DNA of 64,000 nt, taken from assembly GCA_963833985.1 (NCBI GenBank), contig CAWIAD010000001.1, positions 1,408,001 through 1,472,000 on the forward strand. The letters are read 5' to 3'. The notes beneath the pieces were generated by a model. It ran no database searches. It had not been told where the DNA came from and was given only the letters and a program-made list of their open reading frames with translations. The position numbers were made by a program, and so were the translations under genes. The DNA comes from an uncultured Planctomycetaceae bacterium. Its GTDB lineage: Bacteria > Planctomycetota > Planctomycetia > Isosphaerales > Isosphaeraceae. This document shows positions 28,275 to 38,057 of this stretch, one piece after another; position 1 is the stretch's first letter; every line of letters begins with the position of its first letter.

Positions 28275-29588
28275 TCAGATGAAGTCGTTGAACAGGTTCT
28301 CGAGCATTTCCTGCCGCCCGCTGACATTCTTGGCGGCATCGCCCTTGGGCAGGATGTAGGCTTCCAGATCGGCCAGGTTGCACTGGCCGGACTCGACCCG
28401 CTTACCCAGCTCGCAATCCCAGCTCTGGTACCGGCTCTTGACGAACTCGGCTAGCCGGCCGTCGCTGATGATGGCCTGCGCGGTCTTCAGTCCGCGGGCG
28501 AACGCGTCCATGCCGCCGATGTGTGCGTAGAACAGGTCGATCGGCTCGAAGCTCTCCCGGCGCACCTTGGCGTCGAAGTTGACGCCGCCCGTCGTGAACC
28601 CGCCCATGCCGAGAATGCAGAGCATGCACTGCGTGGTCAGGTAGATGTTGGTGGGGAACTGGTCAGTATCCCAGCCCAGGAGATAATCTCCGGTATTGGC
28701 GTCAATCGACCCCAGCGCCCCTGCGCCGATGGCCACTTCCATCTCGTGCATCATCTCGTGACCGGCCAGCGTGGCGTGGTTGGTCTCGAGGTTGAGCTTG
28801 AAATGCGGCAGCAGGTTGTAGGTCCGCAGGAAGTTGAGGCAGGCGGCCGCGTCCGAGTCATACTGGTGCTTGGTGGGCTCGCGCGGTTTCGGCTCGATAT
28901 AGAAGTTCCCCTGGAAGCCGATCTGCTTCTTGTAGTTCACCGCCATGTGCAGGAACTGGCCGAGGTGATCGAGCTCGCGCTTCATGTCGGTGTTCAGCAG
29001 GGTCGAGTACCCTTCGCGTCCCCCCCAGAACGTGTACCCGGCGCCGCCGAGCTCGAGGGTGATCTCCAGGGCCTTCTTGACCTGGGCCGCGGCGAACGCG
29101 AAGACGTCGAAGTTCGAGCTGGTGGCTGCCCCGTGCATGTAACGGGGATTGGTGAAGAGGTTGGCCGTGCCCCAGAGTAGCTTCACTCCGGTTCGGGCTT
29201 GCTCATCCTTGAGGACCTTGACCACCTCGTCCAGGTTGGCATGGCTTTCCTTGAGCGTTGCGCCTTCGGGCGCGACGTCGCGGTCGTGGAAGGCGTAGAA
29301 GGGCGCTTGCATCTTCTCGAAGAACTCGAAAGCCATCTTGGCCTTGCGCTGGGCGTTGGCCACCGAGCCGGAGCCGTCATCCCAGGGCCGGTGCGCCGTG
29401 CCCACACCGAACGGGTCGGAGAGCTGGTTGCAGAACGTGTGCCAGTAGACGACCGAGAACCGAAGATGATCCTTCATCGTCTTGTCGCCGACCATCTCAT
29501 CGGGATTGTAATGCTTGAACTCCAGCGGGTTGCGTGACTTGGGGCCCCCGTACTGGATCTTCGGCACGTCGGGAAAAAAGGCGGTCAT
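28275..29588 (-). CDS. xylA: Xylose isomerase
   Basis: [39 protein letters not shown]. Confidence 0.98.
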   Translation of the reverse strand: MTAFFPDVPKIQYGGPKSRNPLEFKHYNPDEMVGDKTMKDHLRFSVVYWHTFCNQLSDPFGVGTAHRPWDDGSGSVANAQRKAKMAFEFFEKMQAPFYAFHDRDVAPEGATLKESHANLDEVVKVLKDEQARTGVKLLWGTANLFTNPRYMHGAATSSNFDVFAFAAAQVKKALEITLELGGAGYTFWGGREGYSTLLNTDMKRELDHLGQFLHMAVNYKKQIGFQGNFYIEPKPREPTKHQYDSDAAACLNFLRTYNLLPHFKLNLETNHATLAGHEMMHEMEVAIGAGALGSIDANTGDYLLGWDTDQFPTNIYLTTQCMLCILGMGGFTTGGVNFDAKVRRESFEPIDLFYAHIGGMDAFARGLKTAQAIISDGRLAEFVKSRYQSWDCELGKRVESGQCNLADLEAYILPKGDAAKNVSGRQEMLENLFNDFI

Positions 29589-29857
29589 CGGCTCGTCTCA
29601 CCCCTCGCATGTTCAGAGTCTGTGCAAGACCATCGCACCCACTAATCTACTGGCCCGGAAAGCCCGTGGGCAATCCCCCTGTGCACGCCCGCACCCGGTT
29701 TTCCGGGTTGAAATCATGAACTGAGCATATGCGCAAGAAAATGGCCAAACGCCGATCGCTCCGGCCCGCAATTCCAGTATCGTGGCCGCTTGCCGCAAGC
29801 TGACAAAGTCGATAAAATGGACGCATGTGGTGGGTCGAGGCTCATCAATTCAATCCC

Positions 29858-29928
29858 GGGCGGCTAACTCAGCGGTTAGAGTGCCATCCTCACACGGTGG
29901 AAGTCGCAGGTTCGAATCCCGCCGCCCA
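29858..29928 (+). tRNA. tRNA-Val(CAC); 3' side appears 2 nt short
   Basis: GGGCGGC acceptor, D arm CTCAGCGGTTAGAG, anticodon stem CCATC/GGTGG with CAC at 29891-29893, GGTTCGAATCC. Confidence 0.9.
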
Positions 29929-30051
29929 TTCCGCTCATGAGTTTCCTGCGTTATTTCACTGCATGCTTCGCCCGTGCAAGGCTAGCCGAAGAACGGGTCA
30001 AGAGCCGGTCTGAGGATTGCGCGTTGTTGGTGGTTGCCATAAGATAGTGCG

Positions 30052-30642
30052 ATGACGATCTTGCCGCTGGGTTTGCAATCCTGGGAGCGGACGATACGAG
30101 CCCTGGAACTCGTCAAAGACCGTTTGTTGCGCGCGACTGCGGCTCTAGAAAATGCGCGTATTCCTTACGCGGTGATCGGAGGCAACGCGGTCGCCGCGTG
30201 GGTTGGGCAGGTCGATCAGTCGGCCGTGCGCTTCACGCAAGACGTGGACCTGCTGATCCTTCGCTCTGATCTGGATGCGACCAAGTTGGCGCTTGAAACG
30301 GCGGGCTTCATTTATCGCCACGTCGCCAGCGTAGATCTGTTCCTCGACGGTCCTGATGCGAAAACCCGCGATGCGGTCCACGTCATCTTCGCTGGTGAAA
30401 GAGTGCGCCCGGACTATGCCTTGCCAGCTCCGGATGTGATCGAGTCCGAACCCGCGGAAGCGTTTCGCGTGTTGCGCCTCGACGCGCTCGTGCGGATGAA
30501 ACTCACGTCATTCCGCGACAAGGACCGCACTCACCTCCGCGATCTGATCAGCGTCGGACTCGTTGATGAATCGTGGCGTCTGAAACTGCCTGGTGATTTG
30601 ACAGCCCGCTTGCAATCCTTGCTCGACACTCCGGACGGCTAA
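30052..30642 (+). CDS. Nucleotidyltransferase-fold protein
   Basis: YAVIGGNAV...TQDVDLLI...LVRMKL...RDKDR. Confidence 0.8.
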   Translation: MTILPLGLQSWERTIRALELVKDRLLRATAALENARIPYAVIGGNAVAAWVGQVDQSAVRFTQDVDLLILRSDLDATKLALETAGFIYRHVASVDLFLDGPDAKTRDAVHVIFAGERVRPDYALPAPDVIESEPAEAFRVLRLDALVRMKLTSFRDKDRTHLRDLISVGLVDESWRLKLPGDLTARLQSLLDTPDG

Positions 30643-30777
30643 CCCGGGGCCAAGCGATCGACCCCCGGGACCGGCTGACTTCGAAATGGCCTTGAGAAGC
30701 GGCGGCCACCGCCGGCTAGGTCTGCACGCTAACCTTGAGATTTGTGTGATCCTGTGATCCATGCTCACCTTGTAAAT

Positions 30778-30872
30778 CGTAAGTCGTTATTTTCCTAGAT
30801 TCTTCGCTTTTCGGCTCTCCTCACACGGTGGAAGTCGCAGGTTCGAATCCCGCACCGCCCATTCGACTTACG
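30778..30872 (+). repeat. att-like duplicate of the tRNA-Val 3' half with flanking inverted motif
   Basis: 30818-30864 repeats 29887-29931; CGTAAGTCG (30778) and CGACTTACG (30864) form an inverted pair. Confidence 0.9.
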
Positions 30873-30964
30873 GCGATCGTTAGCCGAGTTTTCAGTCTTC
30901 CCTTCAGCTTTTCTGGACGATAGCCGGGGACGGATCGAACTGGACTCCGGAACGTGAAGTGCGG

Positions 30965-32207
30965 TCACCCTGCCTCGGGCCTTGCGAAGATGAGCGAGGC
31001 GTTCTTGCCCCAGAATCCCAGCGAATTCGACATCGCGACTTTCATGTCCATCGGTCGTGCCGTGCCCCTCACGACGTCGAGGCGACATTCCGGGTCGAGG
31101 TCGAGGCAGTTGGCCGTGGGCGGGGCGATCTGGTCTCGGAGACTGAGGATCGTGATCACGGTTTCCAGAGCAGACGACGCTCCCAGGCAATGTCCCGTGA
31201 CAGGCTTGGTCGAGCTGCACGCCACCAGGTCCAGGTGGTCCCCCAGCAGTCGGCGCATCGCCAGAGCCTCGATCCGGTCGTTGAGCGGCGTGCCGGTCCC
31301 GTGGGCGTTGACATAGTCGATCTCCTGCGGGTAGAGCCCGCCGACGCGCAGGCGCTCGCCGCATGGCCCGCACCAGACCCTCGCCATCGTTGCGGGGCGA
31401 CGTGCGGTGCGTGGTGTCGGCGGCCATCGCCCAGCCCAGAAGTCGCGCATGCACGGCCGCGCCGCGACGAAGGGCGGATTCCAGCGATTCGAGGACCAGG
31501 AATGCGGCGCCTTCGCCGATCAGCGTGCCGTCGCGGGTCACGTCGAACGGGCGGCAGGACCGGCGTGGGTCGGCGTGGGAGCCGAGGATGCCGGTGGCGA
31601 GGGTCAGCCGGATGACCGCGTCCCTGAGCGGAGCATCCGCTCCCCCCGCCACCATGATCTCCGCCTCGCCCAGCGCGATCTGTTGCGCGGCCAGAGAAAT
31701 GGCGTAAGCGGCCGAGGCGCAAGTGGCGGAAACTGTCAGGCAAGGCCCGCCGGCGCCCAGGGCCATGGAGAGCGCCCCGCTGAGGCCGTCGAGCGTACTG
31801 TTGGCCGCCAGGGTCGGCGGCAGGCGATTGCGGCTGGACCTGGACCGGTCCACGCATTCCGTCCACTTCTGCATCGGCCCACGCGACGTGCCCGCGATGA
31901 TGCCCAGCGACGAGGGGTCCGGAGGCTGCGCGTCCAGACCCGCGTCGGCGTGGGCCTGGACGGCCGCCTCGAGCGCAAGCTGGACGCATCGATCCATCCG
32001 ATGGCTGCGGCGCAGCCCGATGGCCGTATCGTCCGGCCCATGCACGACACAGGCCGGTATCGTCGGGCTACCCGGGGAAGTGGGATCGGCGAAAGCGATG
32101 GCCGGTGACATCCCATGCACGACCGCCCGCCACAGGTCCTGGGGCGAGTGACCCGCGGACGCGACCACGCCCATGCCGGTCACGACGATGGTTCGTTCGC
32201 TTACCAT
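30965..32207 (-). CDS. FabF/FabB-like beta-ketoacyl synthase, frameshift near 31360
   Basis: VVTGMG, SATCAS, RPFD, GEGAA; NAHGTGTPLND, TGHCLGAS and SNSLGFWG in a second frame. Confidence 0.9.
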
Positions 32208-32228
32208 GGACCGGGAACTCCTCGCGGT

Positions 32229-33170
32229 TCAGGGAGCCACTTCGGGGAACACGCCCACGGCCGTCAGCACGGCGTCGTCGCTGGGGAGGAGATGGTCGAT
32301 CAAGAGGGCGTGAGACTGGCCGGGATGTCGGCCGATGACCGGCAGGAACTCGCCGAGGAGGTGGTCACAGCCCGCGCGGTGGAGATGCGCACGGATCACA
32401 AGCTCGTCCGGCACCGGCTCGCCGAGGTGGATTGTCAATGTCATGCGTGGACCTGCTGTGATCAGGCAGGGGATGACGATGGCGCCGGTCGCTGCCGCGA
32501 GTCGGAATAGTCCCGTGGCCATGTCGAAGGCGAGCCCCTCTCGGTACAGGCGAAGATGCCGGTAGTGCCGGCCCTCCGCCGTCATCAGCAAGATTTTTCC
32601 CGCCCGCAGATGGTCGTGCACGGAGCGGAGCTCGGTCCTATCGAAGACGCTGGGGCCGTCCGAGCGTCCGGTCACGGCGCTGAGCCGGTCGATATAACGC
32701 CAGTGGAGGGGCCGCGTCGTGGAGCGAGTGTCCCGAAGCCCCGCCGCCGGCAGCCCCCGCGCTCGCAGCCAGTGGCCAAGCAGAACCGCCGGCCCGAAAT
32801 GCAGGGTGGCCAGGATGATCGGCCGGCCGAGGGCATGGTTCCGTTCCACTCGCTCCAGATTGACACAGCGGCAACGGCCCTTCCAACGCCCCCTAGCAAG
32901 ACGATCCGGCCAGAGATACATGAGCCGCGCCAGGGTCATGTGCGTCCGCTCTCTCCAGAGGTGGGCGACCCATCCGAAACGGTCCGTGCATGGCCGTACC
33001 AATACCGGCATCCGGTCAAAACGGCGGATGGTTGACGCGCCCAACATCGTCTGGCAGACGGCCCGGACCGCCGCCATCGGCCAGCACAAGATCCAGAGGG
33101 CGCTGACCGGCAACAATCGCTCGAGCGATCGCATACATCGCCAAGCAAAAAGGATGCAGCGTTCTCTCAT
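32229..33170 (-). CDS. LpxL/lysophospholipid acyltransferase-like protein
   Basis: VNLERV...GRPIILATLHFGP...LRAGKILLMTAE...GLFRLAAATGAIVIP...HPGQ. Confidence 0.7.
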   Translation of the reverse strand: MRERCILFAWRCMRSLERLLPVSALWILCWPMAAVRAVCQTMLGASTIRRFDRMPVLVRPCTDRFGWVAHLWRERTHMTLARLMYLWPDRLARGRWKGRCRCVNLERVERNHALGRPIILATLHFGPAVLLGHWLRARGLPAAGLRDTRSTTRPLHWRYIDRLSAVTGRSDGPSVFDRTELRSVHDHLRAGKILLMTAEGRHYRHLRLYREGLAFDMATGLFRLAAATGAIVIPCLITAGPRMTLTIHLGEPVPDELVIRAHLHRAGCDHLLGEFLPVIGRHPGQSHALLIDHLLPSDDAVLTAVGVFPEVAP

Positions 33171-33409
33171 CGGGACTCCCTACATCCTCGATATCCCCGT
33201 ATCTTGCGGCCGGGGACAACGAATTCGCTCAGGAGATCTTCGGCCACAAATTACCGCGATTATAGACCATTATCAATCCACCCATCGCCACGAGCAAGCA
33301 GTCTGTCCGGTTTACCTTCGATTGGCAAATTAATCTGTGTCCGCGTGCTGTGGGCGCGGCCTCGAAGAGGGATTTCGGGCCCTCCTGCCGTGCGTTTGTA
33401 TTACGTCAG

Positions 33410-33493
33410 CGTAAGTGCTCATTTCTCTCATACATTGTTTTCGGGCACATCCTCCCACAGTGGGAATCGCTGGTTCGAGACCGGCGCCGGCAT
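33410..33493 (+). repeat. Degenerate third copy of the tRNA-Val 3' half (att-like)
   Basis: CATCCTCCCACAGTGGGAATCGCTGGTTCGAGACCGGCGCCGGCAT, about 37/47 identical to the tRNA; CGTAAGT 40 bp upstream, as at 30778. Confidence 0.7.
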
Positions 33494-33761
33494 GTATAAA
33501 TACATATGACTTCGATGTCTATCGCTCTGCCTTTCGTCGCCAAGATTGATTCATCATAAGAGTTTGATCCATCATTAGAGTTTGCGACTGCGACGATACT
33601 CCTTCGGCACGGAGTGATGGTCCCACACTCGAGAGCACCGCCCCGATTTTCGAGCGATGAGCGAGACTGGTTCGCATCCGAGCTAAAAACGGACGAGATC
33701 GCCCGAGCGCCGCGTATCGTTCATCGTATCTTGCGCGACTCACCTTGTTCTGATACGGTCT

Positions 33762-34367
33762 TATACTCTACGCGGCCATGACTGAACCATCTTCGAATTG
33801 CCGGAAGTTGAGCGTCATCAGCGATTTCAGCTTCTCAGCGTGAGTTGGATGGCGACTTGAAACTGGGCCAAGGTTGGATGGTATCGGCCGTAGAGGGCAG
33901 GGATCGGCCGAATCCGCAGGAACTTCGGTCCCATGTCCTTGAGGGATTTGCGCACTTGACTGGGACCGCGTCGCAGCCCGGTCAATTGTAAAGATACGCT
34001 GGCAGGCCTCCGCAACGGTGCTGATGGGTTGTTTCTCGAAAAGACCTGCGGATCATGTCGCGATAAGCGGCCATCTCGCCCGCCGGCCGATTGGGGTTCC
34101 ACTGGCGCAGACCCTCCAAACCGCCCTCTCGAAACCCGGCGACGTACCGCTGAACGGTGGCCCGACTGGCACCGACGATCCTGGCAGCGTTCTGGCGCGT
34201 GACGCCGTTATGCAACAGCCAGAGCACGAGCATCTTTTCCCGGATTCGCGGGTTGGGATGGACGGATGGTTCCTCGTTGACGACTCGCAGTTGCTCTTCG
34301 GTCAACTGAATGCGAAGCCAAGCCATGGTGTGCCTCCTTGCGATCCAACACGATTTCGCTCAACTTC
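33762..34367 (-). mobile_element. Internally deleted IS630-family element (transposase pseudogene 33768..34326)
   Basis: N-terminal HTH (ARIVGASRATVQRYVAGFREGGLEGL) joined via TGLRRGPSQVRK to the C-terminal tail LYGRYHPT...MTLNFRQFEDGSVMAA*; ends in TATA; DDE core absent. Confidence 0.75.
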
Positions 34368-34709
34368 CTTGTCGCCAAGATCATCGAGCTCGCTTGTCCA
34401 CCAGCCGTCGGAAAGCTGCCGCGCAGCATGAGTCCATTCCGGCTGCTCATCGACGTGGAGGGCGACTTTTTCGTACCCGGTCTCCAGCTCGTCTCCGGCG
34501 CACGGTGTGTAGCCGAAGGCTGCGAAGAGGCCCGCCAGGGCGGAGAGGTCATCTCCCGGCATGCCTGGCCAGGAGGTACCCGGTTCCCACCACCGGCTCG
34601 CGTACCCAACGGCCCAGGCGACGCAGTTGTACGCGTGCGTCTTCGCACTGGCCGCGACATGGCCGCCATCGGCGAGGTTGGGGAAGGCTCCGCCCAGTTC
34701 GGCACTCAC
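34368..34709 (-). pseudogene. Cys/His papain-like domain protein (DUF7689-like), C-terminus cut by IS630
   Basis: FPNL...YNCVAWA...WWEP...GYEKVAL...THAARQL...WWTS; runs into IS sequence at ~34367. Confidence 0.6.
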
Positions 34710-35029
34710 ACCACAGACCCTCCTGGTCGTCCCCGATCGAGCCAGGCCCGGGCCATGTCGTCAACCCGACCAGCAGCCGTGGGCGGTACCGGGTTCTCTC
34801 CCGTGATCGCGTCGAGCCCGGTGATCCAGGTTGCGCTGGACTCTCGCTCGAGTTCGGCCAGGATCAGCGGAACGGCTGGTTCACCCAGGGCGACCAGCTC
34901 CTGATAGACCGGGTGGTTTCGCAGGGCGCGCGTGTTCGAGCGGTAACGTGTCACCGCGTTCCATTGGGTCGCCAGGCCCTGGAACCGCCGCGCGACGTCC
35001 TGTTGTTGCTCGGAGGTCAGCCTGATCAT
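34706..35029 (-). CDS. Small helical conserved hypothetical protein
   Basis: RBS GGGAGG; HPVYQELVALGEPAVPLILAEL...AITGENP; GTGA overlap with the next gene. Confidence 0.75.
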   Translation of the reverse strand: MIRLTSEQQQDVARRFQGLATQWNAVTRYRSNTRALRNHPVYQELVALGEPAVPLILAELERESSATWITGLDAITGENPVPPTAAGRVDDMARAWLDRGRPGGSVV

Positions 35030-35327
35030 GGCGCCTCCCCAACCTCCTGTTTGCTGGATACCGGAACTCGCACCTGGCCGCATTCAGGACAACCGGTAAG
35101 GCCTTCCTCGGGCGAGCGGATGGAACGGCCGCAGCGACCCGCAAGCAGGAGAGCGATCGATGACGCGAAGTTCGCATTCGGGCGCCGGTGCGCGGGAAGA
35201 AGGGCGGGACGCTGAACGCCCTCTCGAGAACGAGTTCCCCGCATCGATGGGCCGTTCCCGCAGCACTCTTGGTCCATGCGGCCTGCCCGAGCATTCGACC
35301 GTGGGGCAGCATCTCTTGAGAACGGTT

Positions 35328-35963
35328 TCACGGCTGCTTTTCGGACAGCCTGCTTGCGAGATAGAGCCTGTTCATGGCGCGCATCTCGGCCTGCGCACCG
35401 GGGCTGGAGGGGCTGCCCGGCTCGAAGGTCAACAACTTCATCGTTTTCATGTTGTGCAGCAGCACAACGGCGATGTCTCGGGCTGTTTCCGCATTCAGGC
35501 GCGGGGCTCGAAGAGTCAGCACCCGCGCAATCCGCTCCAGTGCTGCCGCGCGGAATTCGGTTCGCTTCCGCGACCACTCGGAACGTGCTTCCAGCAGGGC
35601 GACCATGGCCCTGGTTTCGCCATGCAGCCCGACAAGAATCTGCACCAGCGAGTCCGCCAGGTCTTCGACTGACGACGACGACGCCTCAGCCTCGATCTTA
35701 CCGAAGGCCTCCTCGACAAGCTCGCCATAACGCTGGAACAAGGCATCCGCCAGCGCGTCCTTGCAGGGGAAGAAACGGTACAGTGAGCCGATCTGAGCAC
35801 CGGCCCGGGCGGCAATCTCCGCCATCGTCGCGGCCTCGAAACCCCTCTCCGCAATCACCGCCGCTCCCGCCTCCAGCAAGGACGCCACGCGCAGCACGCC
35901 GCGTTGCCGCTGAGGAGCACGGGCGGGTCGCTGCGAATTCGAGGTTGACTTGATTGAGGACAT
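35328..35963 (-). CDS. TetR/AcrR family regulator
   Basis: GFEAATMAEIAARAGAQIGSLYRFFPCK. Confidence 0.95.
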   Translation of the reverse strand: MSSIKSTSNSQRPARAPQRQRGVLRVASLLEAGAAVIAERGFEAATMAEIAARAGAQIGSLYRFFPCKDALADALFQRYGELVEEAFGKIEAEASSSSVEDLADSLVQILVGLHGETRAMVALLEARSEWSRKRTEFRAAALERIARVLTLRAPRLNAETARDIAVVLLHNMKTMKLLTFEPGSPSSPGAQAEMRAMNRLYLASRLSEKQP

Positions 35964-35997
35964 CCTCAACAATCCTCCTAGATGAGGGTTTCCTCAA
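35954..35997. promoter_or_regulatory. Pair of palindromic operators, probably TetR sites
   Basis: TTGAGG-ACAT-CCTCAA (35954-35969) and ATGAGG-GTTT-CCTCAA (35982-35997), between divergent genes. Confidence 0.7.
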
Positions 35998-36078
35998 CTA
36001 TCTTAGCCCGCCCGCATTTCGCGGTCAAGCACCAGCCTGGCGGCGAGGCGGCGCCTCGTTTTTCAAAAGGGAGTGCTC

Positions 36079-36648
36079 ATGGTCCGACTGAACCCCAGAA
36101 CCACCGCCCTCGTACTGATCGACCTTCAGAACGGTGTCCTGGGGCTGCCGCTAGGCCCGCGTTCAGGTGCCGACGTCGTGCAGGCCGGTCGCGTGCTCGC
36201 CGAGCGGTTCCGGCAGGCAGGCGCACTTGTTGTACTGGTCCAGGTTGCATGTTCCGACGATGGAGGCGATCTGCTGCGGCAACCCGTCGACAAGCCCAGG
36301 CCGCAGCCGCCCGGCGGTTATCCGGACGGCTGGAGCAACCTGGTCGATGGCCTTGCGCGGCCCGGTGACCTGGTCGTGGCCAAGCGTCAATGGGGCGCCA
36401 TTTACGGGACGGACCTGGACCTCCAGCTCCGGCGGCGCGCGATCAGGACGGTCGTCCTGGGCGGTGTCGCGACCAACATGGGTGTTGAGTCCACGGCCCG
36501 GCAGGCCTGGGAGCACGCCTACGAGGTCGTGATCGCGGAAGACGCGACGACGAGTCGCACGGCCGAGATGCATGGCTTCGCCATCAATGTGATCCTGCCC
36601 ATGATCAGCCGGGTCACCACGGTCTCGAGAGCTCGAGATGCGGAATGA
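36079..36648 (+). CDS. Isochorismatase family hydrolase (YecD-like)
   Basis: ALVLIDLQNG, KRQWGA, GGVATNMGVESTAR. Confidence 0.92.
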   Translation: MVRLNPRTTALVLIDLQNGVLGLPLGPRSGADVVQAGRVLAERFRQAGALVVLVQVACSDDGGDLLRQPVDKPRPQPPGGYPDGWSNLVDGLARPGDLVVAKRQWGAIYGTDLDLQLRRRAIRTVVLGGVATNMGVESTARQAWEHAYEVVIAEDATTSRTAEMHGFAINVILPMISRVTTVSRARDAE

Positions 36649-36652
36649 CTGA

Positions 36653-37843
36653 ATGGAGTCCGTCGTCATGGTCGACCGTTTCGTGCCTGTCTCGCGGCTT
36701 TCCCGCCCGGCACAGTGGGCTCTGCTCCTGGCGGCCTCGATGGTGTTTGCGGCCCTGCTCAGAGCCGCGGGCCTGCCGGCGGCCCTGATGCTGGGCCCCA
36801 TGATCGCCGGTGTGATGATCCGGATCAGCGGAGGTGTCATCGAGATTCATCGCTCCGCAAGCGATGTGGCGCAGGTTGTGGTCGGCTGCATGATTGCCGG
36901 CAGCTTCACGTCGGCCATCCTGGCAAGGGTCATGACCGAATGGCCGTTATGCCTCGCGGTCGTGTCCTCCACCGTTGTGGTCAGCAGCTTGCTGGGTTGG
37001 GCCGTCGCCCGTGCGCGGGTGATTCCCGGTTCAACGGCTGTATGGGGGCTGTCTCCCGGTGCCGCAACGGCGATGATGCTGATGGCCGAGGAGTTCGGGG
37101 CTGATGGCCGGCTTGTCGCTTTCATGCAGTATCTGCGTGTCGTCTTCGTCGCCGTTGCGGCTGCCGTCATTGCCCGCTACTGGGGAAATCCGGCCGCATC
37201 CGCGGTGACCCAGACCGCGACGTTCGCGCCGCCCGCGCACTGGCACGCTCTCGCGACGACTCTGTCGGTTGCCGCCCTGGGCGCAGGCCTGGGACGTCTC
37301 GCGCACATCCCGGGCGGGCTGCTGCTCGGGCCGATGGTACTCGGGGGCGCCCTGCATGCGTCGAACCTTGCTTCCATGAGGCTACCAGCGAGCCTGCTCG
37401 TGGCAAGCTACGCGATTATCGGCTGGCGGATCGGGCTCCAGTTCACCCGGCCCGTCCTGACCCACGCCGTGCGCGTCCTGCCGCAATCCATGGTGGTCAT
37501 CCTGGCGCTCATGGCGTTCTGCGCCGGAGTTGCGGTCATCCTGGTCAGGCTGCTCGGAGTCGATTTCCTCACGGCGTATCTCGCCACGAGCCCCGGCGGC
37601 GTGGATTCGGCGGCCATCATCGCTGTTTCGAGTCCTGTGGATTTTCCGTTTATCATGGCGCTGCAAACGCTACGCGTTGTGATGGTGTTGCTCATTGGCC
37701 CTTCGATCGCGCACACGATCGCGGGACGGCTGGAGCGGGAGTCGGAGGCGGTCAGGCCGGGGCGCGTGCCATTGCATGGGCCGCAGGATCACCCTCAATC
37801 CTGCCGTGCCAATTCCAGCCGGACCTCGTCGCCCGCGTCTTAA
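36653..37843 (+). CDS. AbrB family (E. coli type) membrane protein
   Basis: Duplicated LGPM / SPG repeats, MQYLR / LQTLR, many TM helices. Confidence 0.88.
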   Translation: MESVVMVDRFVPVSRLSRPAQWALLLAASMVFAALLRAAGLPAALMLGPMIAGVMIRISGGVIEIHRSASDVAQVVVGCMIAGSFTSAILARVMTEWPLCLAVVSSTVVVSSLLGWAVARARVIPGSTAVWGLSPGAATAMMLMAEEFGADGRLVAFMQYLRVVFVAVAAAVIARYWGNPAASAVTQTATFAPPAHWHALATTLSVAALGAGLGRLAHIPGGLLLGPMVLGGALHASNLASMRLPASLLVASYAIIGWRIGLQFTRPVLTHAVRVLPQSMVVILALMAFCAGVAVILVRLLGVDFLTAYLATSPGGVDSAAIIAVSSPVDFPFIMALQTLRVVMVLLIGPSIAHTIAGRLERESEAVRPGRVPLHGPQDHPQSCRANSSRTSSPAS

Positions 37844-38057
37844 CTGCGGACCGGTTGAGCACCCTGGAAGGCCTGACGCGTCGGCCCGGCCCTGGCGAGG
37901 TCGAGAATGGCCATGGGCGCGGTCTGCGTCCCGGGAGACAGGTTCGTCCACAGCGTAGAATAGGCGGTCGGCCCGCGGCACGCCCCTTGCAGTCCGCGTA
38001 TCGGGCATGTTTTGCCGACGCAGCGTCGTCGTACCCATGGTCGGTTCAGGAGCGGAC

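Noticed and set aside
33440..33495. Second tRNA gene
   Set aside because: A T-arm is present but there is no D-arm or acceptor 5' strand. It is better explained as a decayed att copy.
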